Shown here piece by piece: positions 1 to 9,543 of a stretch of DNA of 57,134 nucleotides. Made by a program: the position numbers and the translations under genes. Numbering within the stretch: position 1 is the first letter of the stretch; each line of letters opens with the position of its first letter. Origin of the DNA: an uncultured Desulfobacteraceae bacterium (lineage in GTDB: Bacteria > Desulfobacterota > Desulfobacteria > Desulfobacterales > ETH-SRB1); contig CAYYMU010000001.1 in NCBI GenBank assembly GCA_964472445.1, forward strand, positions 1-57,134, written 5' to 3'. Below the pieces are notes generated by a model. That model made no database searches, had not been told where the DNA came from, and saw nothing but the letters and a program-made list of their open reading frames with translations.

Positions 1-68
1 CTTCCTTTCACGACATAAGTATAAAACCACGAAACAGAAAAGCGTAAAAAAACCTGGGAGAAAAAACA

Positions 69-515
69 ATGAATTCATCTAAAAAAAGCCGTAAAATCAT
101 GATAATTCACGGGCCCAATTTAAATATGCTGGGGAAAAGAGAACCTGAAGTATATGGAAAAGAAACCCTTGATGAGATTAATAAAAGGCTGAAAAAGCTG
201 TCCAAAAAACTTAAAATAGATATAGAGACTTTTCAGTCTAATCATGAGGGTGAAATAATAGAAAAAATACAGGAAGCCTCAGGAGACTGTAGCGGGCTTG
301 TTATTAATCCTGCTGCATTTACACATACCAGCGTAGGCATACGTGATGCATTGCTTCTGCTCGACATTCCTGTAATTGAAATACATATTTCAAATATTTA
401 CAAAAGAGAGGCTTTCCGCCACAAATCCATGATAGCAGATGTGGTAACCGCTCAAATCTCAGGTTTCGGCATTCAAGGATATATAATGGCCTTAGAAGCT
501 ATTACTAAAATGTAA
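69..515 (+). CDS. aroQ: Type II 3-dehydroquinate dehydratase
   Basis: 148-aa ORF. IIHGPNLNMLGKREPEVYG N-terminus and HISNIYKREAFRH motif are typical of type II dehydroquinases. GGGAG RBS about 8 nt upstream. Confidence 0.9.
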   Translation: MNSSKKSRKIMIIHGPNLNMLGKREPEVYGKETLDEINKRLKKLSKKLKIDIETFQSNHEGEIIEKIQEASGDCSGLVINPAAFTHTSVGIRDALLLLDIPVIEIHISNIYKREAFRHKSMIADVVTAQISGFGIQGYIMALEAITKM

Positions 516-540
516 TAAAAATGAACTCGGAAGAATATAA

Positions 541-571
541 AACCCCTGTAAATTTCAGATTTACAGGGGTT
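541..571. terminator. Bidirectional terminator-like hairpin between convergent aroQ and the cytochrome c3 gene
   Basis: Perfect 13-bp stem AACCCCTGTAAAT/ATTTACAGGGGTT with a 5-nt loop, located between two convergent stop codons. Confidence 0.7.
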
Positions 572-595
572 TAGTTATATAAGACCTTTACTTTT

Positions 596-976
596 TCATT
601 TTGGATGACATTCACCGCATGTAAGAGGGCCTTGATTCTGCTCTGCATGGCAACCCTTGCAGTTTGCATGAAATGCCTTCATCAAAGGCATTGTCTTGCC
701 ATCAGCCTCAAGCTTGTGACATGCCGCACATTCAGTCTCGGATGAATCATCCCACACATTCTCGCCGTTTTCATATAGATGATGACAAGCCATACAATCA
801 ATTCCAGCGTCATCAGTATGGAGAGCATGAGGAAAAATAGCCGCAGGCCTCTCGCGTTCAATAAAAACATCATGCTTAAGAGATACAATATCATCCTGAG
901 CATATGCCGTTCCAAGAATAAAAAGAAACGCCAACCCTGATATTAATAAAAATAGTGCAGTGTTACTTTTTTTCAT
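596..976 (-). CDS. Periplasmic tetraheme cytochrome c3-family protein (TmcA-like)
   Basis: 126 aa. Signal peptide ends ...GTAYA/QD. Four CxxCH motifs (CMACH, CAACH, CKGCH, CGECH). Size and heme count fit the cytochrome c3 family. Divergent from TmcDCB-like genes. Confidence 0.8.
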   Translation of the reverse strand: MKKSNTALFLLISGLAFLFILGTAYAQDDIVSLKHDVFIERERPAAIFPHALHTDDAGIDCMACHHLYENGENVWDDSSETECAACHKLEADGKTMPLMKAFHANCKGCHAEQNQGPLTCGECHPK

Positions 977-1283
977 TCCAATAGACCTCCAGCTTTTATA
1001 ATTTACTCAGACCTTAGACCCAAATTTTTTAAACATTATTCAGCTAAAACATTAGCAAAAATTTTTAACAAATCAACTTCTTCCTGTCAAGAAAAAACCA
1101 GTAAAGTAATGATTTACTCTTTTGACTTGACCTTTATAAAAAAATAAACTACTGTGCGTTTTGATTTTTGTGCGGTGATATATTATTAACAACAAATAGT
1201 TAATCCGTTGATTATATGAAACATAAGCTTATCAACAGCAGATGTATCTGACTTCCAACAAGAATAAAATAAGGAGGTAGGTA

Positions 1284-2552
1284 ATGGGTAACTCGGAAAA
1301 TTGGGACTGGGAATGTCAAAAAAAATTGGTTGCCGATACAGGAAAATGGAAAAGCCAATTTGAAGATGTATGGGAACCATATATCAGTCCTGATGGTGAA
1401 AAAATAGCCTCTATTGTTAAAGTAGGGGAAGGCGAATTCAACATGGCTGTTAACGGGGGAACGTGGGAAGAACCATTTGAAAAGATATGGTTTTCCAGGT
1501 TTACCCCTGATGGCCGCCTGACAGGTTTGATAACAAAAGACATGGAATGGACCATGGCTGTGGATGGAAAACCATGGGAACAGATGTACGAATATATCTG
1601 GGATACCAAATTCAGTGCTGACGGTAAGGTTATAACTGCGATCACTAAACAGGATGGCGTTTACGGAATAACAGCAAATGAGAAAACATGGGAATGTTCT
1701 GTTCAACTTCAAAGCATTTCCGGTTATGCGGTAAGCAACGACGGTAAAAATATTGCCGCAATCAGCCAAACGGTTGCCATTGCAGAAGCCGATGTTAATG
1801 CGTTTTCTGCTGGCAGCTGGTCGATAGTTGCAAATGGAAAGCCATGGAAAGATAATTTTGTTAATATCTATGGAATAACCATAAGCAATGACAGCAAAAA
1901 TATTGCCGCAGAATACAGAAACAGTATTACTGAATACGGAATTATAGTAAATGGACAACCATGGAATGAAGTTTTTACCTGCACATGGGAACCGGTTTTT
2001 CATCCCACAAACAGCGATGAGGTATCTGCTCCGGTCAGAAAAGACGGACAGTGGTTTCTGGCAACAAACGGCAGAATAGTATGGGACAAAGGTTTTGTTA
2101 ATCTTATGTATCAAACATACAGCCCTGACGGCAACAGTATTGCTGCGGGTGTTGCCCCAAACTTTGCGAACTGGACAATTGCCGTTAATGGACAGCCCTG
2201 GTCAAAGACATTCAATGAATGTATCTTAAAACCGGTTTTCAGCCCTGACGGCAGAAAAGTAGCTGCAATTGCAAAAGACAGCGGCAACTGGTTTCTTGTT
2301 GTTAATGGAAAAGTGCTTGGGAAAGGCTATGATAATATTTGGCCGCCTGTTTTCAGCCCAAATAACGACATGGTAATCTGCAAGGTAGAAAAAAACGGCA
2401 AATTTGGTGTCGCGGTTAACGACAAAATCAAGCATAATGGATATGAGTCCCTCTGGAATCCTGTTATATCGCCTGATGGAACAAAGGTACTGATATCCGG
2501 CGTAAAAGACGGGAAATTTTATCGCGAGGTAGTCCTGTTAAGCGAACTGTAA
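1284..2552 (+). CDS. Trp-rich, 10-repeat (beta-propeller-like) cytoplasmic protein, TmcD-like
   Basis: 422 aa with no signal peptide and about 21 Trp. About ten repeats of roughly 42 aa with the pattern NG.pW...(F/Y)..IW.P.FSPDG..IAA. AAGGAGG RBS. First gene of an operon with the cytochrome b and HdrD-like genes. Confidence 0.5.
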   Translation: MGNSENWDWECQKKLVADTGKWKSQFEDVWEPYISPDGEKIASIVKVGEGEFNMAVNGGTWEEPFEKIWFSRFTPDGRLTGLITKDMEWTMAVDGKPWEQMYEYIWDTKFSADGKVITAITKQDGVYGITANEKTWECSVQLQSISGYAVSNDGKNIAAISQTVAIAEADVNAFSAGSWSIVANGKPWKDNFVNIYGITISNDSKNIAAEYRNSITEYGIIVNGQPWNEVFTCTWEPVFHPTNSDEVSAPVRKDGQWFLATNGRIVWDKGFVNLMYQTYSPDGNSIAAGVAPNFANWTIAVNGQPWSKTFNECILKPVFSPDGRKVAAIAKDSGNWFLVVNGKVLGKGYDNIWPPVFSPNNDMVICKVEKNGKFGVAVNDKIKHNGYESLWNPVISPDGTKVLISGVKDGKFYREVVLLSEL

Positions 2553-2637
2553 CCATATAAACCGATTTTTATTATAGTTAAAATAATTTATAAAAACAAA
2601 TAGATTATAAATAGTATTTTCAAAAGGGGGAAAGCAA

Positions 2638-3285
2638 ATGTATGAATTCGTAAGCGGACCGCTTGTATGGATAGCCTTTATAATATTTATCGGCGGAAGC
2701 CTGTATAGATTATTGTACATGTTGTCCGGCGCTAAAAAGGATATAACTTTGTTCAGGCATATGTCCGTGGAACACAGTTTAGCCTCTCTTTTACACTGGT
2801 TAATACCATTTAACAATCAATATATGAGAAAAAGACCGATATTTACAATTATATCTTTTGCTTTTCATATCTGTTTGTTAGTAACACCTGTTTTTCTGTT
2901 GGCACATGTAATCTTGTTTGATGAATCATGGAATGTAAGCTGGTTGAGCCTTCCCAATGCAGTAGCCGACTGGATGACCATAATAGTTGTCGCAGGGGCT
3001 GTCTTTTATGCATACAGAAGATTAACAGATCCTGTGGTAAAAAATGTTACCGATGGTTCTGACTTTCTTCTGCTGGCGATTACCGCTCTTCCCTTTATAA
3101 CCGGTTTTCTTGCATATCATCAATGGTTCGGTTCAAAAACAATGCTGATACTTCACATCCTTGCCGGCGAGCTTATGCTTATAGCCATCCCATTTACAAG
3201 GCTGAGTCACATGCTCTTTTTTGTTTTCACAAGAGCATTATTCGGAAGTGAACAGGGTTACTGGAAAAATTCAAAGGACTGGTAA
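2638..3285 (+). CDS. Integral-membrane cytochrome b of the NarI/DsrM/HmeC/TmcC family
   Basis: 215 aa with about five hydrophobic helices carrying conserved His. It lies directly upstream of an HdrD-like gene, the classic membrane-anchor/CCG-protein pairing. Confidence 0.7.
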   Translation: MYEFVSGPLVWIAFIIFIGGSLYRLLYMLSGAKKDITLFRHMSVEHSLASLLHWLIPFNNQYMRKRPIFTIISFAFHICLLVTPVFLLAHVILFDESWNVSWLSLPNAVADWMTIIVVAGAVFYAYRRLTDPVVKNVTDGSDFLLLAITALPFITGFLAYHQWFGSKTMLILHILAGELMLIAIPFTRLSHMLFFVFTRALFGSEQGYWKNSKDW

Positions 3286-3319
3286 GATTTAACAGCAAAA
3301 TGATCTTAAGGAGAATATT

Positions 3320-4654
3320 ATGAAACCCACCATAGCTATAAGAGAACCGGTCGTAGATGATCTTATGGACCAGACCGAGAAAAACCTCACTGAAGAACAG
3401 ATAGAAAAAGTTATTAATGAAGTTATAGATAAAGAAACCAGCGTGCGTTTGTGGACCTACGTGAATACATGTATTCACTGCGGGTTATGTTCCGAGGCAT
3501 GCCACTGGTTTTTATCTAATGACAGGGATGTCAGTTTTGCTCCAGTTACAAAAGTAAAAGACACCCTATGGGTAATGCTGGAGAAAAAGGGAAAGGTTGA
3601 CGCTGCATTTATTAAAAGATGCTCTCAAATCTCCCATACCGAATGCAACGTTTGTCGACGCTGCGGTATGTACTGCCCTTTTGGAATAGACATTGCCTAT
3701 ATGATGCTTATAGTTCGCCGGATATGCGCAAGACTCGAGATGGTTCCTCTTTACCTGCAGGATACTGTTAACAGTCATGCTGCCACAATGAACCAGATGT
3801 GGGTAAAGCCTGATGAATGGATAGATACCCTCCAGTGGCAGGAAGAAGAAGGCCAGGGATATGTGCCAAGCGCGCGTTTGCCCCTGGAAAAAGAAGGCTC
3901 TGAGGTCATGTATTCGGTTATTGGCCCTGAGCCGAAGTTTTTAGCCCAGCTTCTTGGCAATATTACAATAATCATGAAAGTCGCAGGTATTGACTGGACG
4001 ATGCCAGCAACTGCTGGCTGGGATAACAGCAACATGGCCATGTATTCAGGAGATTTCGAGGTCATGGCAAGAGTGGAAAGACTTCATTATGAAACAGCTC
4101 AAAGGCTAAAAGTAAAAAAGATAGTCATGGGTGAATGCGGTCATGCATTCAGGGGAGCGGAATATGACGGTCCCACATGGCTGGGCTGGATGAGACCGCC
4201 CATAGAGCTTGTTCATGCTGTATCATTTTATTATGACCTGCTCATGAGCGGCAGAATTAAAATAGCAAAAAAAATTGAAGGGCCGATCACTGCGCAGTAT
4301 CCATGCAATATTATCAGAAATGCAGGATTAGGCTCAAAACTGCGGTATATTATGAATGCAGTGTGTGAAGAGTTTGTAGATCTTGTTCCTAATGACAGGC
4401 ATGCCTTCTGCTGTAATGCAGGCGGTGACACTATTAACTGCGGCCCGCCATGGAAAAAGATCAGGGTCCAGTCAGCCAGGATACAGTCGGAAAATTTTAA
4501 AAGAACCGGAGCTCACACTATTGTGACACCCTGCCATAACTGCCACAGTGGAGTTGAGGATATTGTTGACGGATATAAACTTGGAATGCATGTCAAGTTC
4601 TTCAGCGAATTATTAGTAGAAGCAATGGAAATACCTGAAGACCTGAAGCCTTAA
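3320..4654 (+). CDS. Cytoplasmic Fe-S protein of the HdrD/DsrK/HmeD/TmcB family
   Basis: 444 aa. Two CX2CX2CX3C motifs (CIHCGLCSEAC, CNVCRRCGMYCP). C-terminal Cys clusters of CCG type (CGHAF, FCCNAGG, PCHNCH). AAGGAG RBS. Confidence 0.8.
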   Translation: MKPTIAIREPVVDDLMDQTEKNLTEEQIEKVINEVIDKETSVRLWTYVNTCIHCGLCSEACHWFLSNDRDVSFAPVTKVKDTLWVMLEKKGKVDAAFIKRCSQISHTECNVCRRCGMYCPFGIDIAYMMLIVRRICARLEMVPLYLQDTVNSHAATMNQMWVKPDEWIDTLQWQEEEGQGYVPSARLPLEKEGSEVMYSVIGPEPKFLAQLLGNITIIMKVAGIDWTMPATAGWDNSNMAMYSGDFEVMARVERLHYETAQRLKVKKIVMGECGHAFRGAEYDGPTWLGWMRPPIELVHAVSFYYDLLMSGRIKIAKKIEGPITAQYPCNIIRNAGLGSKLRYIMNAVCEEFVDLVPNDRHAFCCNAGGDTINCGPPWKKIRVQSARIQSENFKRTGAHTIVTPCHNCHSGVEDIVDGYKLGMHVKFFSELLVEAMEIPEDLKP

Positions 4655-4685
4655 CAAAGAAAATACCTGACAGAATAAAACAAAA

Positions 4686-4717
4686 AAGGCGGATAAAAAC
4701 TATCCGCCTTTTTTTTT
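4686..4717. terminator. Bidirectional rho-independent terminator
   Basis: Stem AAGGCGGATA/TATCCGCCTT with a 5-nt loop. A-run upstream and a T9 run downstream. Lies between convergent genes. Confidence 0.8.
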
Positions 4718-4747
4718 ATTTCTTTTTTTACAGCTAACCCCTCAGGA

Positions 4748-5635
4748 TTATGGCACCAAAAGCACAGGGAGTTCCGATGACTCTGTTACACGGTGAGAAA
4801 CACTTCCCAGCCAGAACTGCTTGAGGCGGTCCTTGCCAGTAGTTCCCATAACAATCATGCTGGCCTTGTGCTCCCGCGCCACCCTTGCAATCTCATTAGC
4901 GCTCCGCCCGGAAAACAGGTGTGGTTCGGCATTGATACCATCTCTCTTTAACCTGTCGCAATATTCTTCCAAACGCTCTTTGCTCTCTTTTTCAATACGA
5001 TTTAATTCAGACTTGTCAAGCCCTTTAGAAATTTTGACTCCGATTATGTGCGTTACCATTACCTTGTCGGCTAGTTCTTTAAAAGAGGAAACAAGCTTAA
5101 GGGCTTTTTCTGAGGGCTCGGACCAGTCAGTAGCGAGAAGAGGTCTCGTAAAAATACGATCGTTTACACGGGTAATCAGATGACCCTCCCATTCAAACCG
5201 CACCATATATTTGCTTATCAGGACAGGAACGCTGCTGCGACGAACAAGATCCAAGGTATGTGAGCCAACATGAACCTTGTCCAGAACTGTTCTCTTTTTT
5301 CTTCCAGCCACGATCATATCGACCTTTTCTTCTTCTGCAATAGACATAATTTTTGGGATTGGATTTCCAACCTCAATCCTGATCGTGCTTTTGATTCCGT
5401 GTTTTGATATAGATTGCTGCCAATCTTCAAAACGGATTCTCGCCTGTTCTCTTAATCGTTCTTCCTCATCTTTCATATATCCGCCATACGGCACAAAGGC
5501 GACCTCATCTCTTGGAATAATATAGGTCAGCACAACCTCTTTGAGACCGGCTTTTTTGAGTTCCAAAATGGATTCCAATGAGTTAAATGCCAACTCCCTA
5601 AATTTTGTAGGAAATAAAATCTTTTTAAATTCCAT
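4748..5635 (-). CDS. Tandem-domain universal stress protein (UspA family)
   Basis: 295 aa with two USP-like halves, each ending in a G..G(9)G(S/T)-type ATP-binding stretch (VAGRKKR..., MGTTGKDRL...LGSVS). Paralogous to the ORFs at 23590-24402 and 25158-26024. Confidence 0.85.
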   Translation of the reverse strand: MEFKKILFPTKFRELAFNSLESILELKKAGLKEVVLTYIIPRDEVAFVPYGGYMKDEEERLREQARIRFEDWQQSISKHGIKSTIRIEVGNPIPKIMSIAEEEKVDMIVAGRKKRTVLDKVHVGSHTLDLVRRSSVPVLISKYMVRFEWEGHLITRVNDRIFTRPLLATDWSEPSEKALKLVSSFKELADKVMVTHIIGVKISKGLDKSELNRIEKESKERLEEYCDRLKRDGINAEPHLFSGRSANEIARVAREHKASMIVMGTTGKDRLKQFWLGSVSHRVTESSELPVLLVP

Positions 5636-5650
5636 AATACACTCCTGTCT

Positions 5651-7180
5651 TTAAAAGAAAATAAATGTTACAATTAAAAAGGTTGGAAGCAGATAAACCA
5701 TGGAAAATTTCAGTATATAACCAAAGAAACTCGGCATGGGCGTTCCACTCTCTTCCGCAATTGACCTTACCATAAAGTTTGGTGCATTACCAATATAGCT
5801 GAAAGAACCAAAGAAAACCGCACCTGCAGAAATAGCCTTCAAATAGATAGAGCTTTCAGTCATAAGAAGAGGAACAGCCTGAGCTTCTGGCATTCCGGGA
5901 TAAAATGCTCCAAGAGCTGTATTAAAAAACGTCAGGTAGGTTGGAGCATTATCAAGGAAACCGGAAAGCGCGCCGGTTACCCAGAAATAATGTAAAGGTT
6001 TTTTTACTGCGGCAATCAAAAATGCAAACTCGCCGTTCAAACCTGCCTTGAGTATCAGCAGGCATGGAACCATGGTAATGAATATCCCTATAAAAAGGTA
6101 TCCAACTTCAATAATTGGAAACCAGCCAAACTCATTTTCTTCATGTATTTTTTTCGAAGTAGTCAATAATGAAAGAACACCCATTAAAATAAGAAGGCCA
6201 TCGCGTATCCAGTCCTGTAATCCACGATGTATTCCAAAGGTACTGACACTGCCCCAGTCCACTATACCACTCATAAGAACCGAACCTACAACGCCCCCAA
6301 GAAAGACAAAATTAAGCAGTCCCACTAATTTTAATGGTTGTTTTTCACCTTCTTCTTCTAAAGGAGCCGAGGTAAAGCCCTCTTTTTTGTAGTGATATGA
6401 ATCAAGGATAAAGTATATAACCAAAAGAATTCCAGCTGTTACAAGCATATGCGGCATAATATGCATGGTCCAGAAAAAGGAAACTCCATGAAGAAATCCC
6501 AAGAAGAGCGGTGGATCACCAAGAGGAGTCAGAGAGCCTCCGACATTAGCAACAAGAAAAATGAAAAAGACCACCATAAATGTTCTGTTTTTTCGATAAT
6601 TATTTGCTTTTAAAAAAGGACGGATCATCAGCATGGCAGCTCCTGTGGTACCCATCCACGAAGCAAGCAACGTGCCGATAAGTATCATAATAGTGTTTAC
6701 TACTGGTGTTCCGCGCAATCGACCTTTAAGCATGATGCCGCCGGAAATAGTAAAAAGCGCCCAGAGAAGAATAATAAACGGCACATAATCGGCAAGAATA
6801 ATATGAAGAATTTCATGCACTGCAAGCCATTTAAAAGCAATCAAAAAAGGTATGCCCAGGCAGGCTGCCCAGAATGCGGAAACCTTTCCAAAATGATGAT
6901 GCCAGAACTTAGGCGCTAAAAGTGGGAAAAGAGCTATAGAAAAAAGCATGCATGCAAAAGGAATACAACTCCAGAGAGGCAAGGTTTCTCCTAAATTCAC
7001 ATGTCCGTGTCCACCACCGTGTCCAGCATCAGCAGCACCGTGGGCTGCCTCCTCATGCACGGCTGCTGTATCGTGTGTTGTTCCAGTCTCATGCCCTGAA
7101 GCCATAGCCATGGCCGAAAATAGAAATATACAAAAAACACTCAGCAAAAAAATTTTCAATATCCTGTTCCCGAATTTCAT
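5651..7180 (-). CDS. ArsB/NhaD-superfamily permease (putative Na+/H+ antiporter type) with His-rich N-terminal tail
   Basis: 509 aa, polytopic throughout, with a signal-like N-terminus followed by HETGTTHDTAAVHEEAAHGAADAGHGGGHGH. Family assignment is by overall resemblance only. It ends 16 nt upstream of the USP gene. Confidence 0.55.
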   Translation of the reverse strand: MKFGNRILKIFLLSVFCIFLFSAMAMASGHETGTTHDTAAVHEEAAHGAADAGHGGGHGHVNLGETLPLWSCIPFACMLFSIALFPLLAPKFWHHHFGKVSAFWAACLGIPFLIAFKWLAVHEILHIILADYVPFIILLWALFTISGGIMLKGRLRGTPVVNTIMILIGTLLASWMGTTGAAMLMIRPFLKANNYRKNRTFMVVFFIFLVANVGGSLTPLGDPPLFLGFLHGVSFFWTMHIMPHMLVTAGILLVIYFILDSYHYKKEGFTSAPLEEEGEKQPLKLVGLLNFVFLGGVVGSVLMSGIVDWGSVSTFGIHRGLQDWIRDGLLILMGVLSLLTTSKKIHEENEFGWFPIIEVGYLFIGIFITMVPCLLILKAGLNGEFAFLIAAVKKPLHYFWVTGALSGFLDNAPTYLTFFNTALGAFYPGMPEAQAVPLLMTESSIYLKAISAGAVFFGSFSYIGNAPNFMVRSIAEESGTPMPSFFGYILKFSMVYLLPTFLIVTFIFF

Positions 7181-7408
7181 CTACCAGTTCCCCCTAAAAA
7201 ATAAAACCTTTAAAAAACAGTCTTTTCTGCATTTTTTCTGTCTGTATAAAAACATACTGGCAAAAAAAAGTTCCTGTTAAATACAAAAAAAGTTTAATAA
7301 GGCAGACAAAATTTGAATATTCTTCAAAGGTCTCAGAATAAAAAAAATAAAAAAAGCCTTACTAAACTATTATTTAATTATAATATAAAATTTACAGAGT
7401 ACATTTTT

Positions 7409-7508
7409 GATGGCTTCGTAAGAAGTCATTTGTAAGCGACATTGAGCAGTTTTGAAAATCCCAAAAACGCTCACAGAGCGAACAAATTTTACTTTTTACG
7501 ATTTAATC
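7409..7508. mobile_element. MITE family 1, 100-bp variant
   Basis: Termini GATGGCTTCGTAAGAAGT... and ...ACTTTTTACGATTTAATC are inverted repeats. Flanked by the direct 6-bp duplication ATTTTT (7403-7408 and 7509-7514). Homologous to the elements at 32885 and 39439. Confidence 0.8.
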
Positions 7509-7537
7509 ATTTTTATACTCTATTATACTCTCATATT

Positions 7538-8338
7538 TTAAGCAGGTAGAAGTCGTTGAATAATTCCCGTGGGACATTCTTCAAGACACTTGCCGCATCC
7601 TGTACATTTTTCACCGTCAACCATTGCCAGGAATTTATCAACTATTACAGCCTTTTCCGGGCATACCTTCTTACATTTCCCGCAGCCGATACATCCCGCG
7701 CTGCATATGGCCTTTACAACTTTTCCTCCATCATGAGAACTGCAAATTGTTGCCACTTTCTGAGTTTCTTTTATTAACCTTGGAATATGACGGGGACAAA
7801 TATCTACACATGTGCCGCAGCCGGTACAAAGTTCCTCATCCACAACAGGCAGACCGTCTTCACCCATTTTCAAAGCCCCAAACGGACAATTTGCAACACA
7901 GGTTCCGAGACCGAGGCATCCATAGGTACAGCTCTTGTCTCCTCCAAAAAGAAGTGAAGCAGCGCGGCAATCTGTGATGCCCTGGTAAACATATTTTTTC
8001 TCAGCAGCACTATTAGTGCCACGACAAAAGATATGTGCAACGTCCCTTGCAGATGCATCAGCAGAAACGCCAAGCACAGCAGCAATGGCCTGAGCAACAT
8101 CATCTCCACCAGCCTTGCATGCACTTGGCGAAGCCTCACCCGCCACTATAGCCGCTGCACAATCACTGCAACCAGCATAGCCACATCCACCGCAATTGGC
8201 CCCGGGAAGGCACTCATCTACGGCAACAACCTTTGGATCAACATAAACATAAAAAACCTTTGATGCAACTCCAAGAACAATACTTAAAACAAGGCCAATG
8301 CCTCCCATAGCTAACATTGCATTCAATACAGGTCCCAT
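7538..8338 (-). CDS. rnfB: Rnf complex subunit B (membrane-anchored polyferredoxin)
   Basis: 266 aa. N-terminal TM helix, CGGCGYAGC cluster motif, then several CxxCxxCxxxCP ferredoxin motifs. AGGAGG RBS. Confidence 0.85.
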   Translation of the reverse strand: MGPVLNAMLAMGGIGLVLSIVLGVASKVFYVYVDPKVVAVDECLPGANCGGCGYAGCSDCAAAIVAGEASPSACKAGGDDVAQAIAAVLGVSADASARDVAHIFCRGTNSAAEKKYVYQGITDCRAASLLFGGDKSCTYGCLGLGTCVANCPFGALKMGEDGLPVVDEELCTGCGTCVDICPRHIPRLIKETQKVATICSSHDGGKVVKAICSAGCIGCGKCKKVCPEKAVIVDKFLAMVDGEKCTGCGKCLEECPTGIIQRLLPA

Positions 8339-8945
8339 AAAATTTTCCGCCTCCTGTTTTGCCTATTTTTATAAGATTTTATAAAAAACACTCCCCATCA
8401 GTCATTAGCTGACCCGCATGTTGTGTTTATGTTATTTCATGGCTTGTAGCATATTGAATCAACGGGACTATGGTTTCCCAAGAGGGAGCAACCACTTTAA
8501 AAGTCCTGGAAAAGCTTGAAGCCGCTACAGATAAACAAAAACTGCCGGGGGAAGTAATTAATTTCATCTCTTTCTTCTTAGTTGAATTTTAATGATAAAT
8601 TTATAAAAAAAATAAGGATGTAATTGGCCGCAAATATAATGAACTGCTGATTTTGTCAAGTGAAAAAAGATAATTCAGCCAGCTTAATCAGGAATTACGG
8701 CTTTTATATTTACAGAGTTAAGCTTAAATAACAGTAGGTTATAATTTATATATAACCTGGGTGCGTTAAATCATTCTTTAATGGTTTATCTTCCCTTGTT
8801 TTTTCAAACAGATAAAAGCTTTTATTTATGATTTTTTAAAAAAAGTCTTGAAAGCTTTTTTACATTATGTTACAGGAGCTCAGGTTTATTTATTAGAGAC
8901 AATAAATGCTATTTAAACCAAACCTTGAAAGGATTGCATATAATA

Positions 8946-9326
8946 ATGACTCTTCAAAAAGAATTAAAGCTGGCTTATGGTCTTGCCATTATTTTGTTGA
9001 TTGTGGGTGTTTTAAGTTATGCTGCCTTTTCTTCCAAGAGCCCTACTCCGCCAGCAAGAATAATGTTCAAGTCTGTTGGAGGAAAAGTATTATTTGATCA
9101 TAAGACACATATATCTGATTCAGGCTATGGCATTTCCTGTACTGATTGTCATCATAATCTTGAAGAGGGTGATACAAATCCTCAGACCTGTGGAGAATGT
9201 CATGAATCTGAAAGCGAAGATCCGGATGTTCCCAAAAAGTCTGATGCATTGCACAACCAATGCATAGGCTGCCACAAAGATGCTGGAGCAGGTCCTGAAA
9301 AATGTTCGTCATGCCATGTAATGTAA
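8946..9326 (+). CDS. Membrane-anchored tetraheme cytochrome c encoded upstream of rnfC
   Basis: Four CxxCH motifs (CTDCH, CGECH, CIGCH, CSSCH) after one N-terminal hydrophobic helix. The ORF track starts at TTG 8925. ATG 8946 is preferred, but the start is uncertain. Confidence 0.8.
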   Translation: MTLQKELKLAYGLAIILLIVGVLSYAAFSSKSPTPPARIMFKSVGGKVLFDHKTHISDSGYGISCTDCHHNLEEGDTNPQTCGECHESESEDPDVPKKSDALHNQCIGCHKDAGAGPEKCSSCHVM

Positions 9327-9543
9327 GCAGATAGCATTTATGCCGCCTGCTTTTTTTATATTTATACGTTTGCGTTGCACAAATCTTTTAAGAAATGTCT
9401 GGTTTTGTTACACTGTTAATTACTAAGCTCCGAAGCTGAAAAATATTAGGTTAGATATACATGCTTCGCCTGAGCCCGCCTGATAGTGCTGACCGCCATC
9501 GCTAGCGTTCAGGCGAAGTGTGGTATATTGAAAGGTTAATTGC

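Noticed and set aside
8661-8700. Possible remnant related to the four-helix-bundle element. AAAAAAGATAATTCAGCCAGCTTAATCAGGAATTACGG resembles both the MITE terminus at 13733-13755 and the ...SSLIRKLSG coding end at 52890-52910.
   Set aside because: The matches are short and patchy and could be chance in AT-rich DNA. It needs a nucleotide alignment against all genome copies.
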